Source of the DNA: an uncultured Candidatus Saccharibacteria bacterium
GTDB lineage: Bacteria > Patescibacteriota > Minisyncoccia > Phycocordibacterales > UBA12088
Assembly: GCA_964411375.1 (NCBI GenBank)
Contig: CAYPKR010000001.1
Span: 104,227 to 168,226, forward strand
Length of the DNA: 64,000 nucleotides
Reading direction: 5' to 3'
Shown here: piece by piece, positions 19,339-28,488 of the stretch
Layout: each line of letters starts with the position of its first letter
How positions within the stretch are numbered: position 1 is the first letter of the stretch
Notes under the pieces: model-generated
Databases searched by the model: none
Told to the model about the DNA's origin: nothing
The model's input: only the letters and a program-made list of their open reading frames with translations
Translations under genes and position numbers: made by a program

Positions 19339-20415
19339 ATGCTGAAAAATGGCTTTTTTTTTGCACTTGCTATAGCAATTGGGGCGGTTTTTCTCTCCGC
19401 GGGACACCTGGGACTCGCCAATACATTCACTAGGAATCTAAGTCTTGGGATGAGCGGAGAGGATGTGAAAACCCTTCAAGCGTTTTTGAACAAAGATCCC
19501 CGCACCCAAATCGCCATAAGCGGGGTAGGTTCTCCCGGGAAAGAGACCGGATATTTCGGGCGGCTTACGAGTCAGGCAGTCGCTCGGTATCAAGAATTAC
19601 ATGCAGATACCATCCTTACTCCCGCCGGCTTAACAAAAGGAAGCGGGTACGTCGGATTTAATACGAGATCTGTTCTTGAGACGGCGATAACCGCAAAAAG
19701 TACCGAAAATTATACAACGCTTCTCTCCACCACTTCCCCTTGGCAGACCAATGGTCCGATTTCAACACTTCCGATTCAAAATCCTAAAGACGTAAACACT
19801 GCTTCTTTTGCCGCCGGCATGGGGAATCTCGAGCGGCCGCTCATGGCATTTTTCTCTACCTACGAAATTTCTCCTGGTGAAACGCTCACCATTACTGGCG
19901 GCGGATTTACCAACACCAATACAATTACCTTTGATACCAAGTACGGCACGCCGTTTACCCTCACTGGAACCTCGTCCAATGGGACTACTATTACTCTCTT
20001 AATTCCAAAAGATACCGCAATCGGTAAATACACTATTTGGGTATCAAACGAGCGGGGAAAAACGGAATATCCGAAACGACTTGCTGTCAAAAAGAAAGGA
20101 ACTCCCCCACCAGTGGTGACGAGCATCACCCCTTCTTCCGGAACGTACGGCACTGAAGTGACCGTAACCGGTGTCGGATTTACTCCTGAAGATAATGAAA
20201 TTCTTGGCGCACTCAGTATAATGGATCTACCGTCGAAGGATGGCGTGACGCTCCATTTTAAGATCGAGCCTATGTCAGAACTGTTTGCGCCAACCACCAC
20301 ACCGATCGGAACATGGAGAAAAGATTTCAGTTGGAATATGCGCCTTGGAGTCATCAACGCAAATGGACTCTCCTCCTCTGAACATCCAGTACAGTTTCAA
20401 TTCCACGCAGAATAA
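19339..20415 (+). CDS. Secreted protein with peptidoglycan-binding domain and IPT/TIG-like beta-sandwich repeats
   Basis: Signal peptide. PG_binding_1-like motif (LSLGMSGEDVKTLQAFLNKD..GYFGRLTSQAVARYQE). TIG-like repeats (TLTITGGGFTNTNTITF..). Confidence 0.6.
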   Translation: MLKNGFFFALAIAIGAVFLSAGHLGLANTFTRNLSLGMSGEDVKTLQAFLNKDPRTQIAISGVGSPGKETGYFGRLTSQAVARYQELHADTILTPAGLTKGSGYVGFNTRSVLETAITAKSTENYTTLLSTTSPWQTNGPISTLPIQNPKDVNTASFAAGMGNLERPLMAFFSTYEISPGETLTITGGGFTNTNTITFDTKYGTPFTLTGTSSNGTTITLLIPKDTAIGKYTIWVSNERGKTEYPKRLAVKKKGTPPPVVTSITPSSGTYGTEVTVTGVGFTPEDNEILGALSIMDLPSKDGVTLHFKIEPMSELFAPTTTPIGTWRKDFSWNMRLGVINANGLSSSEHPVQFQFHAE

Positions 20416-20417
20416 CC

Positions 20418-20813
20418 ATGCACATTTTTAGTAAAGCGAAAACAATTCTCATTCTGATCGTGTTTGTCGGCACGCTCTCATCTATTCTATTTTTTGCGAG
20501 AGAACGTGCGGATGCGGCGCTTGGCGCACCAATTGCCGGATTTGTGAGCGACATACTCCCCTGCAGTTGTTCAGGTAGCGAAATATTATTTTTAAGTCCC
20601 GGGTACGTGAGCCTAGTGCCTTCTGCGCTTGCAGTTATGTATATTCCAGGGACACAAGCGTACGCATGGTGGAATATGGGCGTTCCGGGACTCTGGGAAG
20701 TCGGACTCCTCGAAGGAGCGTGGTCGTGTTGGGTGCCGACCGTTGACCCTCCGTGCACCATGGTATTTTCAGGACCTTTGATTGGTCCCATTGTTGGCAG
20801 TTCTCCGTTTTAA
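20418..20813 (+). CDS. Small secreted/membrane Cys-containing hypothetical protein
   Basis: 131 aa with an N-terminal TM. Follows the previous gene after a 2-nt gap. Confidence 0.4.
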   Translation: MHIFSKAKTILILIVFVGTLSSILFFARERADAALGAPIAGFVSDILPCSCSGSEILFLSPGYVSLVPSALAVMYIPGTQAYAWWNMGVPGLWEVGLLEGAWSCWVPTVDPPCTMVFSGPLIGPIVGSSPF

Positions 20814-21610
20814 GCGGAAACTTCTCGAGTGAGCGCGAGCCACGTATCAAGCGCTACATCTTCAGCTCGCGCTTTCGGATCGATACCAACTTTCTCCATG
20901 AGTTCAAAGACTCTCTCTTTTCCGAGATACGAAATATTTCCTGCAAGCATTTTGCGCTTACTTGCGAACGCATGTTTGATGAGTTCAAAAAAGATTGCCT
21001 CTTCTTTTTCATCTCTAAAATTACTGCGCGAAATATTTTCGATCGATATGATTGCCGAATCAACGTTTGGCGGCGGTGAAAATGAACCGGCCCTAACCGT
21101 CGCGACATAGCGAGGAGTACCATACGCTTTTACCGAAAGTGACGCGAGACTTTCCTTTTCGTTCCGTGCGATTCGCTCCGCGACTTCTTTTTGGATAAGA
21201 AATACCGCTCGCTCCGGCTGTACTTTGCCGGCAAGCATTTTTCGAAAAATAAGTCCGGTCAAATAATATGGAATATTCGCGACCACTTTGAACGCGCCGC
21301 TTTGAAGGCCGAGCGATTCTGGAAGGTGGTCGCGCAAGTCGCCAGAAATTATTTCTACCTTCCCTTCAAAAATTTCTTTTGAAAACTGCGCGGTAAGGAA
21401 CGAAGCAAGCAGCGAATCCTTCTCAACGGCAATTACTTTTTGCGGCATGACATCTCCTCGGACGAGTCGTTCGGTAAGTACTCCCTTCCCTGGCCCGATT
21501 TCGTAAATGATGTCGGTCGGTTGTATTTCGGCGGCGGCAATAATATCCGCAAGCGCCTTAGTGGAAGTGAGAAAATGTTGTCCGAGTTTTTGTCCCATGT
21601 ACCTAATCAA
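20810..21610 (-). CDS. rsmA: 16S rRNA (adenine1518/1519-N6)-dimethyltransferase
   Basis: LGQHFL..EIGPGKGVLTERL SAM-binding motif. 266 aa. Confidence 0.9.
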   Translation of the reverse strand: MIRYMGQKLGQHFLTSTKALADIIAAAEIQPTDIIYEIGPGKGVLTERLVRGDVMPQKVIAVEKDSLLASFLTAQFSKEIFEGKVEIISGDLRDHLPESLGLQSGAFKVVANIPYYLTGLIFRKMLAGKVQPERAVFLIQKEVAERIARNEKESLASLSVKAYGTPRYVATVRAGSFSPPPNVDSAIISIENISRSNFRDEKEEAIFFELIKHAFASKRKMLAGNISYLGKERVFELMEKVGIDPKARAEDVALDTWLALTREVSA

Positions 21611-23531
21611 TATAGATTACTTTTGATGTCCCCTCACCTCTGGCTTCTTGTTCAACTAAATCATCGGGCAAATCAGTAATGAACTCTGATGGAACATTTA
21701 CCTGGCGCGATCCAAAAATTGTCCGCACTGATGCGTACGTTGCAAACACTTTTTTCTTCGCACGAGTGAGCGCGACATAAAAAAGTCGGCGCTCTTCCTC
21801 GTCATCGACATTTTCGCCGATTCGCTCATGCGGAAACAGACCTTCTTCAAGTCCAGTTATGAATACATAGGAAAACTCCAGTCCTTTTGCGGCATGCACC
21901 GTCATGAGTGCCACCGCGTCATTCTCATTTCGAAGTTCATCTTGTGCGGCAAAAAGTGCCGCGTCTTCCATAAATTGATCAACTCCGGTGCCGAGAGAAT
22001 GATCGTTGTAGCGTGAGGCGAGCGTTACCAATTCTTTCAAGTTTTCGAGGCGCTCTTTTTCTTCTTCAGTTCCTCGACGATACTCTTCTTCCATGCCGCT
22101 CTCGTGGATGACGAACCGGACAAGTTCCGAAGGAATTTTTGTCTCTGCCGCTTCTCGTACTCGATCGAGTAGTGTGAGAAATGTGTTTATTTTTGCTTTA
22201 CCACCTGCAGGAAGCGAATCAACTTTTCCTTCGATCAACGCGAGGAGAGTTACTTTGCCAATACCACGTGGCGGAACATTCGCGATTCGACTTATATCCC
22301 CGGAATTTCGCATTTGTGCTGCACGAATAAACGAAAGTACATCCTTCACTTCTTTTCGCTCAAAAAAGCGAGTTCCAACCACGCGATATGGAACATTTTC
22401 CGAAAGAAATGCTTCTTCCAAAATACGAGACTGAAAATTCGCTCGGTACAACACCGCGATATCTTTTGCGAAAACGCCGCTTTGAATGAGGGATGCAGCT
22501 TTTTTTGCGACGAAGATTGCTTCGTCTGCTTCGTCGTATGCCGAAAAAAGTCCAATCGGCTCACCATCTGCGTTGTCGGTAAAGACGGTCTTGTCTTTGC
22601 GTCGGAGGTTTTTCTTAATAATGTCGTTCGATGCGGTGACGATCGTTTTGGTTGATCGATAGTTTTGCTCCAAGAGAATCACCATTCCTTCCGGATACTC
22701 TTCTTCAAACGCAAGGATGTTGCCGATATCGGCTCCCCGCCAACTATAAATACTCTGATCGGCGTCTCCAACGACACAAATATTTCGATGCGCCCCAGCA
22801 AGTATTTGCGCAAACTCGTATTGCACCTTATTCGTGTCTTGATACTCGTCGATATGGATATATTTGAATCGATTCTGATATTCAGAGCGGATTTCTGGGT
22901 GGGTGCGAAGCAGTACGACCGCAGAGAGGAGCAGATCGTCAAAATCAAGCGCGCCTTCTTTTTTTAGAGTTTCCTCATATCGTCCCCATACGTCTTTTAG
23001 GGTGCGCGCAAAGAAATCGTTCGGGGCTGTTTCGCGGAATGCAGAAAGTGTTTGCCCATTTCCTTTGTGTTTCCCGATCGCGCTGAGCATTTTCCTCGGT
23101 TCAAAGCGTTTTGGATCGAGACCAGCGGCGATCACTGCTTCCTTCATGGCGCGGGTCGAGTCATTTCGATCATAAATAGCGAAACGTCTCTGGAGACCGA
23201 GCACGTGTCCGTGTTCTTTCAGTATTCTGACGCCCAAACTATGGAAGGTAGCAAGAAGCGGGAGTGCGCCATCAAAGCCAGCGTGATTCTGGCGTATCAA
23301 TTCCCGCATACGCTCACGCATTTCTTCCGCTGCTTTGTTGGTAAAGGTGACCCCGAGGATTTCTGCGGGGTCGACACCTTTTTCAATCAGATGGAGGATT
23401 CGGTAGGTGATGGTTTTTGTTTTTCCTGCTCCTGCTCCGGCAATAATAAGGAGCGGACCTTCGGTTTTTAGAACCGCTTGGCGTTGTGCGGTGTTTAAAT
23501 CATCAAGTATCACGAATGGACTATACCACAC
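21603..23531 (-). CDS. pcrA: ATP-dependent DNA helicase PcrA/UvrD family
   Basis: Walker A GAGAGKTKTITYR and UvrD helicase motifs. 642 aa. Confidence 0.9.
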   Translation of the reverse strand: MWYSPFVILDDLNTAQRQAVLKTEGPLLIIAGAGAGKTKTITYRILHLIEKGVDPAEILGVTFTNKAAEEMRERMRELIRQNHAGFDGALPLLATFHSLGVRILKEHGHVLGLQRRFAIYDRNDSTRAMKEAVIAAGLDPKRFEPRKMLSAIGKHKGNGQTLSAFRETAPNDFFARTLKDVWGRYEETLKKEGALDFDDLLLSAVVLLRTHPEIRSEYQNRFKYIHIDEYQDTNKVQYEFAQILAGAHRNICVVGDADQSIYSWRGADIGNILAFEEEYPEGMVILLEQNYRSTKTIVTASNDIIKKNLRRKDKTVFTDNADGEPIGLFSAYDEADEAIFVAKKAASLIQSGVFAKDIAVLYRANFQSRILEEAFLSENVPYRVVGTRFFERKEVKDVLSFIRAAQMRNSGDISRIANVPPRGIGKVTLLALIEGKVDSLPAGGKAKINTFLTLLDRVREAAETKIPSELVRFVIHESGMEEEYRRGTEEEKERLENLKELVTLASRYNDHSLGTGVDQFMEDAALFAAQDELRNENDAVALMTVHAAKGLEFSYVFITGLEEGLFPHERIGENVDDEEERRLFYVALTRAKKKVFATYASVRTIFGSRQVNVPSEFITDLPDDLVEQEARGEGTSKVIYID

Positions 23532-23767
23532 AGAGAGAATATCCCTTCTTCATGCCGACTTCAGGGGTATTTTTCGCTATCCACACCCCCATTTTGACCT
23601 CGTTGACTTTAAATTTGATGCCGGTATAGTGGATAGATACGGATGCATGAAGGAACGATTAAATGGCTTGGTTGAGCCATATTCTGAAAGATAGAACGAC
23701 CTCTAACACACGGCTTATAACCCTCAATACCCAGGATTCGACGCCTTCCAAACGACAGCGAGGCTCG

Positions 23768-24799
23768 ATGAAAGAAAAGCGATTATGGCCCCTCGGGTTT
23801 CTTTTCGCTATCTCCCCTTTTGTAGTCCAGGCGAGCACCTTTTCCGCCCTCACGGGAACTTTTTTTGGCATTTTTTCTGGACGGGAAACCTTCTCAGGCG
23901 CTCCGATTGCCGTCTCGTATAACTCGCAGACCGTCCCTATTCTCTATGCGGCCTCCCATACTGATCCAAATCCTGCGAAAGGAGGTGGCGATATTATGGT
24001 TGCGGATGATTCGGCACTTGTTCCAGAGTCAGGACCCTCGGGAACGATGGCAGATATTGAGGAAACTCCCCATGCCGGACAAATCAGCCTCTATATCGTC
24101 CGATCTGGCGACTCGCTTTCTGGTATCGCAAAAATGTTCAGCGTTTCGGTCAACACTATTATTTGGTCAAACAATTTAAAGAAGGGCGCAGCGCTCCAGG
24201 AAGGTCAGCAATTGGTTATTCTTCCAGTTACTGGAGTTCGCTACACCGTTGCGAAAGGAGATACGCTTAAATCGATTGCCAAGAAATACCATGGCGACAT
24301 TGCAGAAATCGTCCAATACAATGGACTTGCAGCTGAATCAGATATTGCAGTTGGCGACACACTTCTCATCCCGGGAGGAGAAGTAACTGCTCCAGCCGTA
24401 TATACGCCAGCACAGACAAAAGCAAAAGTTATTGGCGCAGGTGGTCCAGATTATGGCGGCTACTATATCAATCCACTTCCAGGCGCAATTCGCACTCAAG
24501 GACTGCATGGATATAACGCAGTTGACCTTGCTGCCGCAAAAGGAACGCCGATTCGTGCTGCTGCCTCTGGAAGCGTTATCGTCAGTCGCGAAGGTGGATG
24601 GAATGGCGGCTACGGAAACTACGTTGTTATCACCCACGACAACAATTCTCAGACGCTCTACGCGCACATGAACCAAACGCTTGTTTCAGTCGGACAGACC
24701 GTTGTTGCAGGACAAGTCATCGGCTATGTCGGTGCAACTGGCCGCGCAACCGGTCCGCATCTCCACTTTGAAATTCGCGGCGCAAAGAATCCCTTCTAA
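23768..24799 (+). CDS. Secreted LysM-domain M23 family metallopeptidase
   Basis: Signal peptide from the internal Met (MKEKRLWPLGFLFAISPFVVQA). Two LysM repeats (YIVRSGDSLSGIAKMF.., YTVAKGDTLKSIAKKY..). M23 HxH motif (HLHFEIR). Confidence 0.85.
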   Translation: MKEKRLWPLGFLFAISPFVVQASTFSALTGTFFGIFSGRETFSGAPIAVSYNSQTVPILYAASHTDPNPAKGGGDIMVADDSALVPESGPSGTMADIEETPHAGQISLYIVRSGDSLSGIAKMFSVSVNTIIWSNNLKKGAALQEGQQLVILPVTGVRYTVAKGDTLKSIAKKYHGDIAEIVQYNGLAAESDIAVGDTLLIPGGEVTAPAVYTPAQTKAKVIGAGGPDYGGYYINPLPGAIRTQGLHGYNAVDLAAAKGTPIRAAASGSVIVSREGGWNGGYGNYVVITHDNNSQTLYAHMNQTLVSVGQTVVAGQVIGYVGATGRATGPHLHFEIRGAKNPF

Positions 24800-24807
24800 A
24801 GTATCTG

Positions 24808-26325
24808 TTAGGTAAACAAATTTTTCGGACGATATTGCAGAGCCTCGAGAACATGAACCTCCTCGAGGTTTTTGCTTTCTGCGAGATCAGCGATAGTGCG
24901 AGCGAGTTTGATAATGCGATGGTATGCACGCGGCGAGAGATCAAGTTTTGCAGCAGAACTCGTTAAAATCGACTGCACTTTTTCTGGAAGCACAACCAGT
25001 CGGTCGATGTCTTTAACCGACATATCGCTGTTCGTTTTTCCGCCATTAAATCTTTTTTGTTGAACTTCCCTCGCCTTTCTAATTTGTTTCCGTGCCAAAT
25101 CAGACTCTGATCCCCTCTTTGTACGCCCTTCAGCCAATATCTTGTGCGGCACATGCGGCACTTCAATCCACATATCGATTCGATCGACAATTGGTCCTGA
25201 AATTTTCTTTTGAAACCGTTCGCGCTCTCGCATCATTTCGACGCCACTTCCACCGTGTGCACGAGTTGGGTTCATTGCAGCGATAAGCACAAAATTTGCG
25301 GGAAAATGAACGGTACCTTTTGCACGAGAGACCGATACCATGCCTTCTTCTAGAGGTTCCCGAAGTGCGTCGATTGCTCGGCGGTCGAATTCTGGAAATT
25401 CATCCATAAAAAGTACTCCGCGATGTGCGAGCGTTGCTTCACCCGGGCGAATATTTGCCCCGCCGCCGACCAACGATACATACGACGCGGAATGATGCGG
25501 CGAGCGAAACGGTGGATGTGAAATGAGTGATTCTTGCAGTACCCCGGCGATTGAATGAATTGCAGTTACTTCAAGCATTTCTTCAAAAGAAAGTGGTGGC
25601 AAAAGTGCCTGAAAAGCACGTGCAAGCATCGTCTTCCCTGTTCCCGGCGGACCGTAGAGTGCTATGTTGTGTCGACCAGCTGCTGCAATCAAAAGTCCGC
25701 GTTTCGCTGTTTCTTGTCCACGAATATCGGAAAGATCGATACCGTCCTCACTCCGGTTGTCAGTAATTTCTGTTTCAGGTTGCGCAGAGAGAAATGTCCG
25801 TACTTCTGCTTTTGTATTTACATGACCGATTACTTCCCGGAGAGTATTCGCGCCGAAAACGGTAATGCCACGAACGAGCGCTGCTTCCTCCGCATTTTCT
25901 TTCGGTACAAATACTTGTGCAAAGCTATGATCTCGTGCGGCCTTTACCGCAGCAAGCGTTCCTCGCACCTTGCGTAGATCTCCATCAAGCGACAACTCGC
26001 CAATAAAAAGAATTTTCTCTTTCGGAAGTGTAATGTCTCCGCTTGCAACAAGGTATGAAAGCGCGATTGGTAGATCAAATGCTGGACCTTCTTTTTTGAG
26101 ATCAGCTGGAGCAAGAGAAACCGTCACTTTTCGGTTCTGGCTTTTGGGAGAAGGAAATCCACTGTGCTTGATTGCGGCTGAAACGCGGTCGCGAGATTCT
26201 TCGACTGCTTTGTCGGGGAGTCCGACGATTGCAAAGGAGTGGAGACCCCGCGAAATATCAGTTTCCACCATGATCGGTTCTGCCGATAGATGAAGTGGTT
26301 GAGCGCTATATACGCGGGCAAACAT
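24808..26325 (-). CDS. comM: Mg-chelatase-like AAA+ ATPase YifB/ComM
   Basis: N-terminal Lon-like domain and AAA+ Walker A (GPPGTGKT). 505 aa. Confidence 0.85.
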   Translation of the reverse strand: MFARVYSAQPLHLSAEPIMVETDISRGLHSFAIVGLPDKAVEESRDRVSAAIKHSGFPSPKSQNRKVTVSLAPADLKKEGPAFDLPIALSYLVASGDITLPKEKILFIGELSLDGDLRKVRGTLAAVKAARDHSFAQVFVPKENAEEAALVRGITVFGANTLREVIGHVNTKAEVRTFLSAQPETEITDNRSEDGIDLSDIRGQETAKRGLLIAAAGRHNIALYGPPGTGKTMLARAFQALLPPLSFEEMLEVTAIHSIAGVLQESLISHPPFRSPHHSASYVSLVGGGANIRPGEATLAHRGVLFMDEFPEFDRRAIDALREPLEEGMVSVSRAKGTVHFPANFVLIAAMNPTRAHGGSGVEMMRERERFQKKISGPIVDRIDMWIEVPHVPHKILAEGRTKRGSESDLARKQIRKAREVQQKRFNGGKTNSDMSVKDIDRLVVLPEKVQSILTSSAAKLDLSPRAYHRIIKLARTIADLAESKNLEEVHVLEALQYRPKNLFT

Positions 26326-26388
26326 ACCAGAGGTTATACAAACAGATACCCCGGAGTATATCGAAACAAACGAAAAGGAGTATCAGTG

Positions 26389-26766
26389 TTACCGAGGAAG
26401 CGAATCTTCTTCGTCTATGTGCATTTTGCACGTACGAGCTGCGGGATCGGCGTTCAGACGATCTTCCTCAATTTTTTCTCCGCCAACTTCACAGGTACCG
26501 AATTCACCATTTTGTATCTTGTCGAGCGCGAGGCGGACATCATGGAGACGTGGCTTCAAAGCACCGAGGAGTGCCTGCCGTTCACCAAATGCTTCAAGTG
26601 CATCTGCGGCAACATTTGAGTCGGCATCACTTGCATCAAAATCATCTCCTTCGGTTGCTTCAAATGAATCAGGCGATGTCCCCTCTTTCACACCGATTCC
26701 GGCGAGTTCCGATTCAAGCACCGATGCTTCCTCTCGAAGTCGCTTTTCGTATTCAGTAGTATTCAT
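26389..26766 (-). CDS. DksA/TraR-family C4 zinc-finger protein
   Basis: C-terminal CxxC..CxxC (CEVGGEKIEEDRLNADPAARTC) and an acidic coiled N-domain. Confidence 0.7.
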   Translation of the reverse strand: MNTTEYEKRLREEASVLESELAGIGVKEGTSPDSFEATEGDDFDASDADSNVAADALEAFGERQALLGALKPRLHDVRLALDKIQNGEFGTCEVGGEKIEEDRLNADPAARTCKMHIDEEDSLPR

Positions 26767-26805
26767 AGAAATATGATACCAAGACCCTCTCTATGCGCAA
26801 AACAC

Positions 26806-28488
26806 TTATATTCGTATCGATTGTAGGCGACTGATAATTTCAACCAATGTTGATTCGGTGCTTGCGATAACGACGGTGTTTTTATCAGAAAATGCATAGA
26901 GGAAGACGATCGTTCCATCATCACGTTTGAGTGCACGTGCATTGATATTTTTAACGACAATATCGACAAACGATCGTGCGATAAGATCGTCGGTTGTTAT
27001 GTTGCTGACTAATTCAGGAGTGGTTGATGCGTCACTCGGTTTTGAAGTAGTTGCGGAGCTGGTTGCTGATGTCGTCGCGATCACTCCCGTGCTACTTCCT
27101 GAAGAAAATGTCGGTGTTTTTTGAATACGTGGAATGCCGAATGGAAGGAAGAGGTCACTCTCGATCGTTTTTTCCCATTCGAGCATGCCGGCAAACCCGC
27201 GCTCATAGTCGGTGACTTTAAAAATGAGGAAATATTGATTGCCGTTAAATCCATGGAGGCCGAGCATCATTGGCTCTTGGAGTGCCCGGGAAAGTGTTCC
27301 CGGCACGGTGATATCGAGTTGTTTCAAAAATTCTGCGCCAGAGAGGAGTCGAGGAGAGCCGGTCGCGCCTTTTACGGTTGGGTAATATTGAGTAATTGAT
27401 CCGAGGCGTAAATTACTTTTTGTTCGCTTGTCGGTCAGCACATTTATGATACTGCGGCGATTCATGCCAGTGAGATCAAGTACCTCTTGGTGTTCAGAAA
27501 ATACTAACTTCGGTAGTGCGGACGCTGGAACCGTCCCCACTCCTTTATCTCGAGTAAGATATGCATATCCGACAATTCCAAGACCCACGATGACAAAAAA
27601 GAGCGCCCCGAAAAGAAGTGCATAGTTTACCCACGAACGACTTTTTTTCTTTGGCGAAAGTTGTTTTTCCGTTGCCTCAACTGTTTTTGCACGACGATTC
27701 GCTTCCGCCGCCACTGCCCCGACGAATGAGGTCTTTCGTTTTTCAATCAACTGCGAAATATCATCTTTATAGGTTCGAATCGGTCGAACCAAATTATTTT
27801 CGGCACTTTGCTTGCGAAGCTCCTCCATCAAAGGATTCTTCACCGGCGCAATCGTTTTTGCCTGAACCGGTGGATGAATGACTCCTTCCCCAAATACATT
27901 CCTACCTCCCGCAGTTTGGAGTTTCCCTGCAAGAGAGCCGAGCGATTGTTTCGGCTCTACAGAAGGAACTGCTTTTGGAAGCGGATCTTCTTTCGGTACT
28001 GTAAAATCAGTCGCTGAATGCGTTTCGACAACTTGCGTAACCGCATCAGTAAGCGAAAGAGGAGTCGCTGATTTCTGAGGAATAGGAGAGGGCGGCAGCG
28101 GAGATGGCGCGGGTTTTGGCACCGGCGGAATGATCGGTGGTGTTTGTGGGATCGTAGCAATTGGGGGCGCACTTTCCTTCTCGCTTTGTACTGGCGGAGG
28201 CATCACTACAGAATTTCCCGAAAACGGGCTTGCAGATTTCCGCATTTCCGGATGCATTGGAGATGAAAAATCATCTGCCGCAGGCGGAGGAGTGTTTGCG
28301 AGTGGCATTGTTGGCTCACTTGCTTCCAAATGTCCGCTGGCGCCTCCCGGCATACCAAGAGAAGCGCTGAGAGAAATATCAGGTTTTGAAGAGTTATTGT
28401 CGCCCGCTAGTTGGTCTTGATTCCCCATTGCCATTATTACTTCCGTGACTTGGCGCAATACCTTTTCGTTCTGCAAAGGTCGGATCAA
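26806..28488 (-). CDS. Hypothetical single-pass membrane protein (Pro-rich N-region, TM, C-terminal extracytoplasmic domain)
   Basis: 560-aa ORF. TM WVNYALLFGALFFVIVGLGIVGYAYL. The annotated start overlaps the pnp 3' end by ~95 nt, so the true start may be an internal Met. Confidence 0.5.
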   Translation of the reverse strand: MIRPLQNEKVLRQVTEVIMAMGNQDQLAGDNNSSKPDISLSASLGMPGGASGHLEASEPTMPLANTPPPAADDFSSPMHPEMRKSASPFSGNSVVMPPPVQSEKESAPPIATIPQTPPIIPPVPKPAPSPLPPSPIPQKSATPLSLTDAVTQVVETHSATDFTVPKEDPLPKAVPSVEPKQSLGSLAGKLQTAGGRNVFGEGVIHPPVQAKTIAPVKNPLMEELRKQSAENNLVRPIRTYKDDISQLIEKRKTSFVGAVAAEANRRAKTVEATEKQLSPKKKSRSWVNYALLFGALFFVIVGLGIVGYAYLTRDKGVGTVPASALPKLVFSEHQEVLDLTGMNRRSIINVLTDKRTKSNLRLGSITQYYPTVKGATGSPRLLSGAEFLKQLDITVPGTLSRALQEPMMLGLHGFNGNQYFLIFKVTDYERGFAGMLEWEKTIESDLFLPFGIPRIQKTPTFSSGSSTGVIATTSATSSATTSKPSDASTTPELVSNITTDDLIARSFVDIVVKNINARALKRDDGTIVFLYAFSDKNTVVIASTESTLVEIISRLQSIRI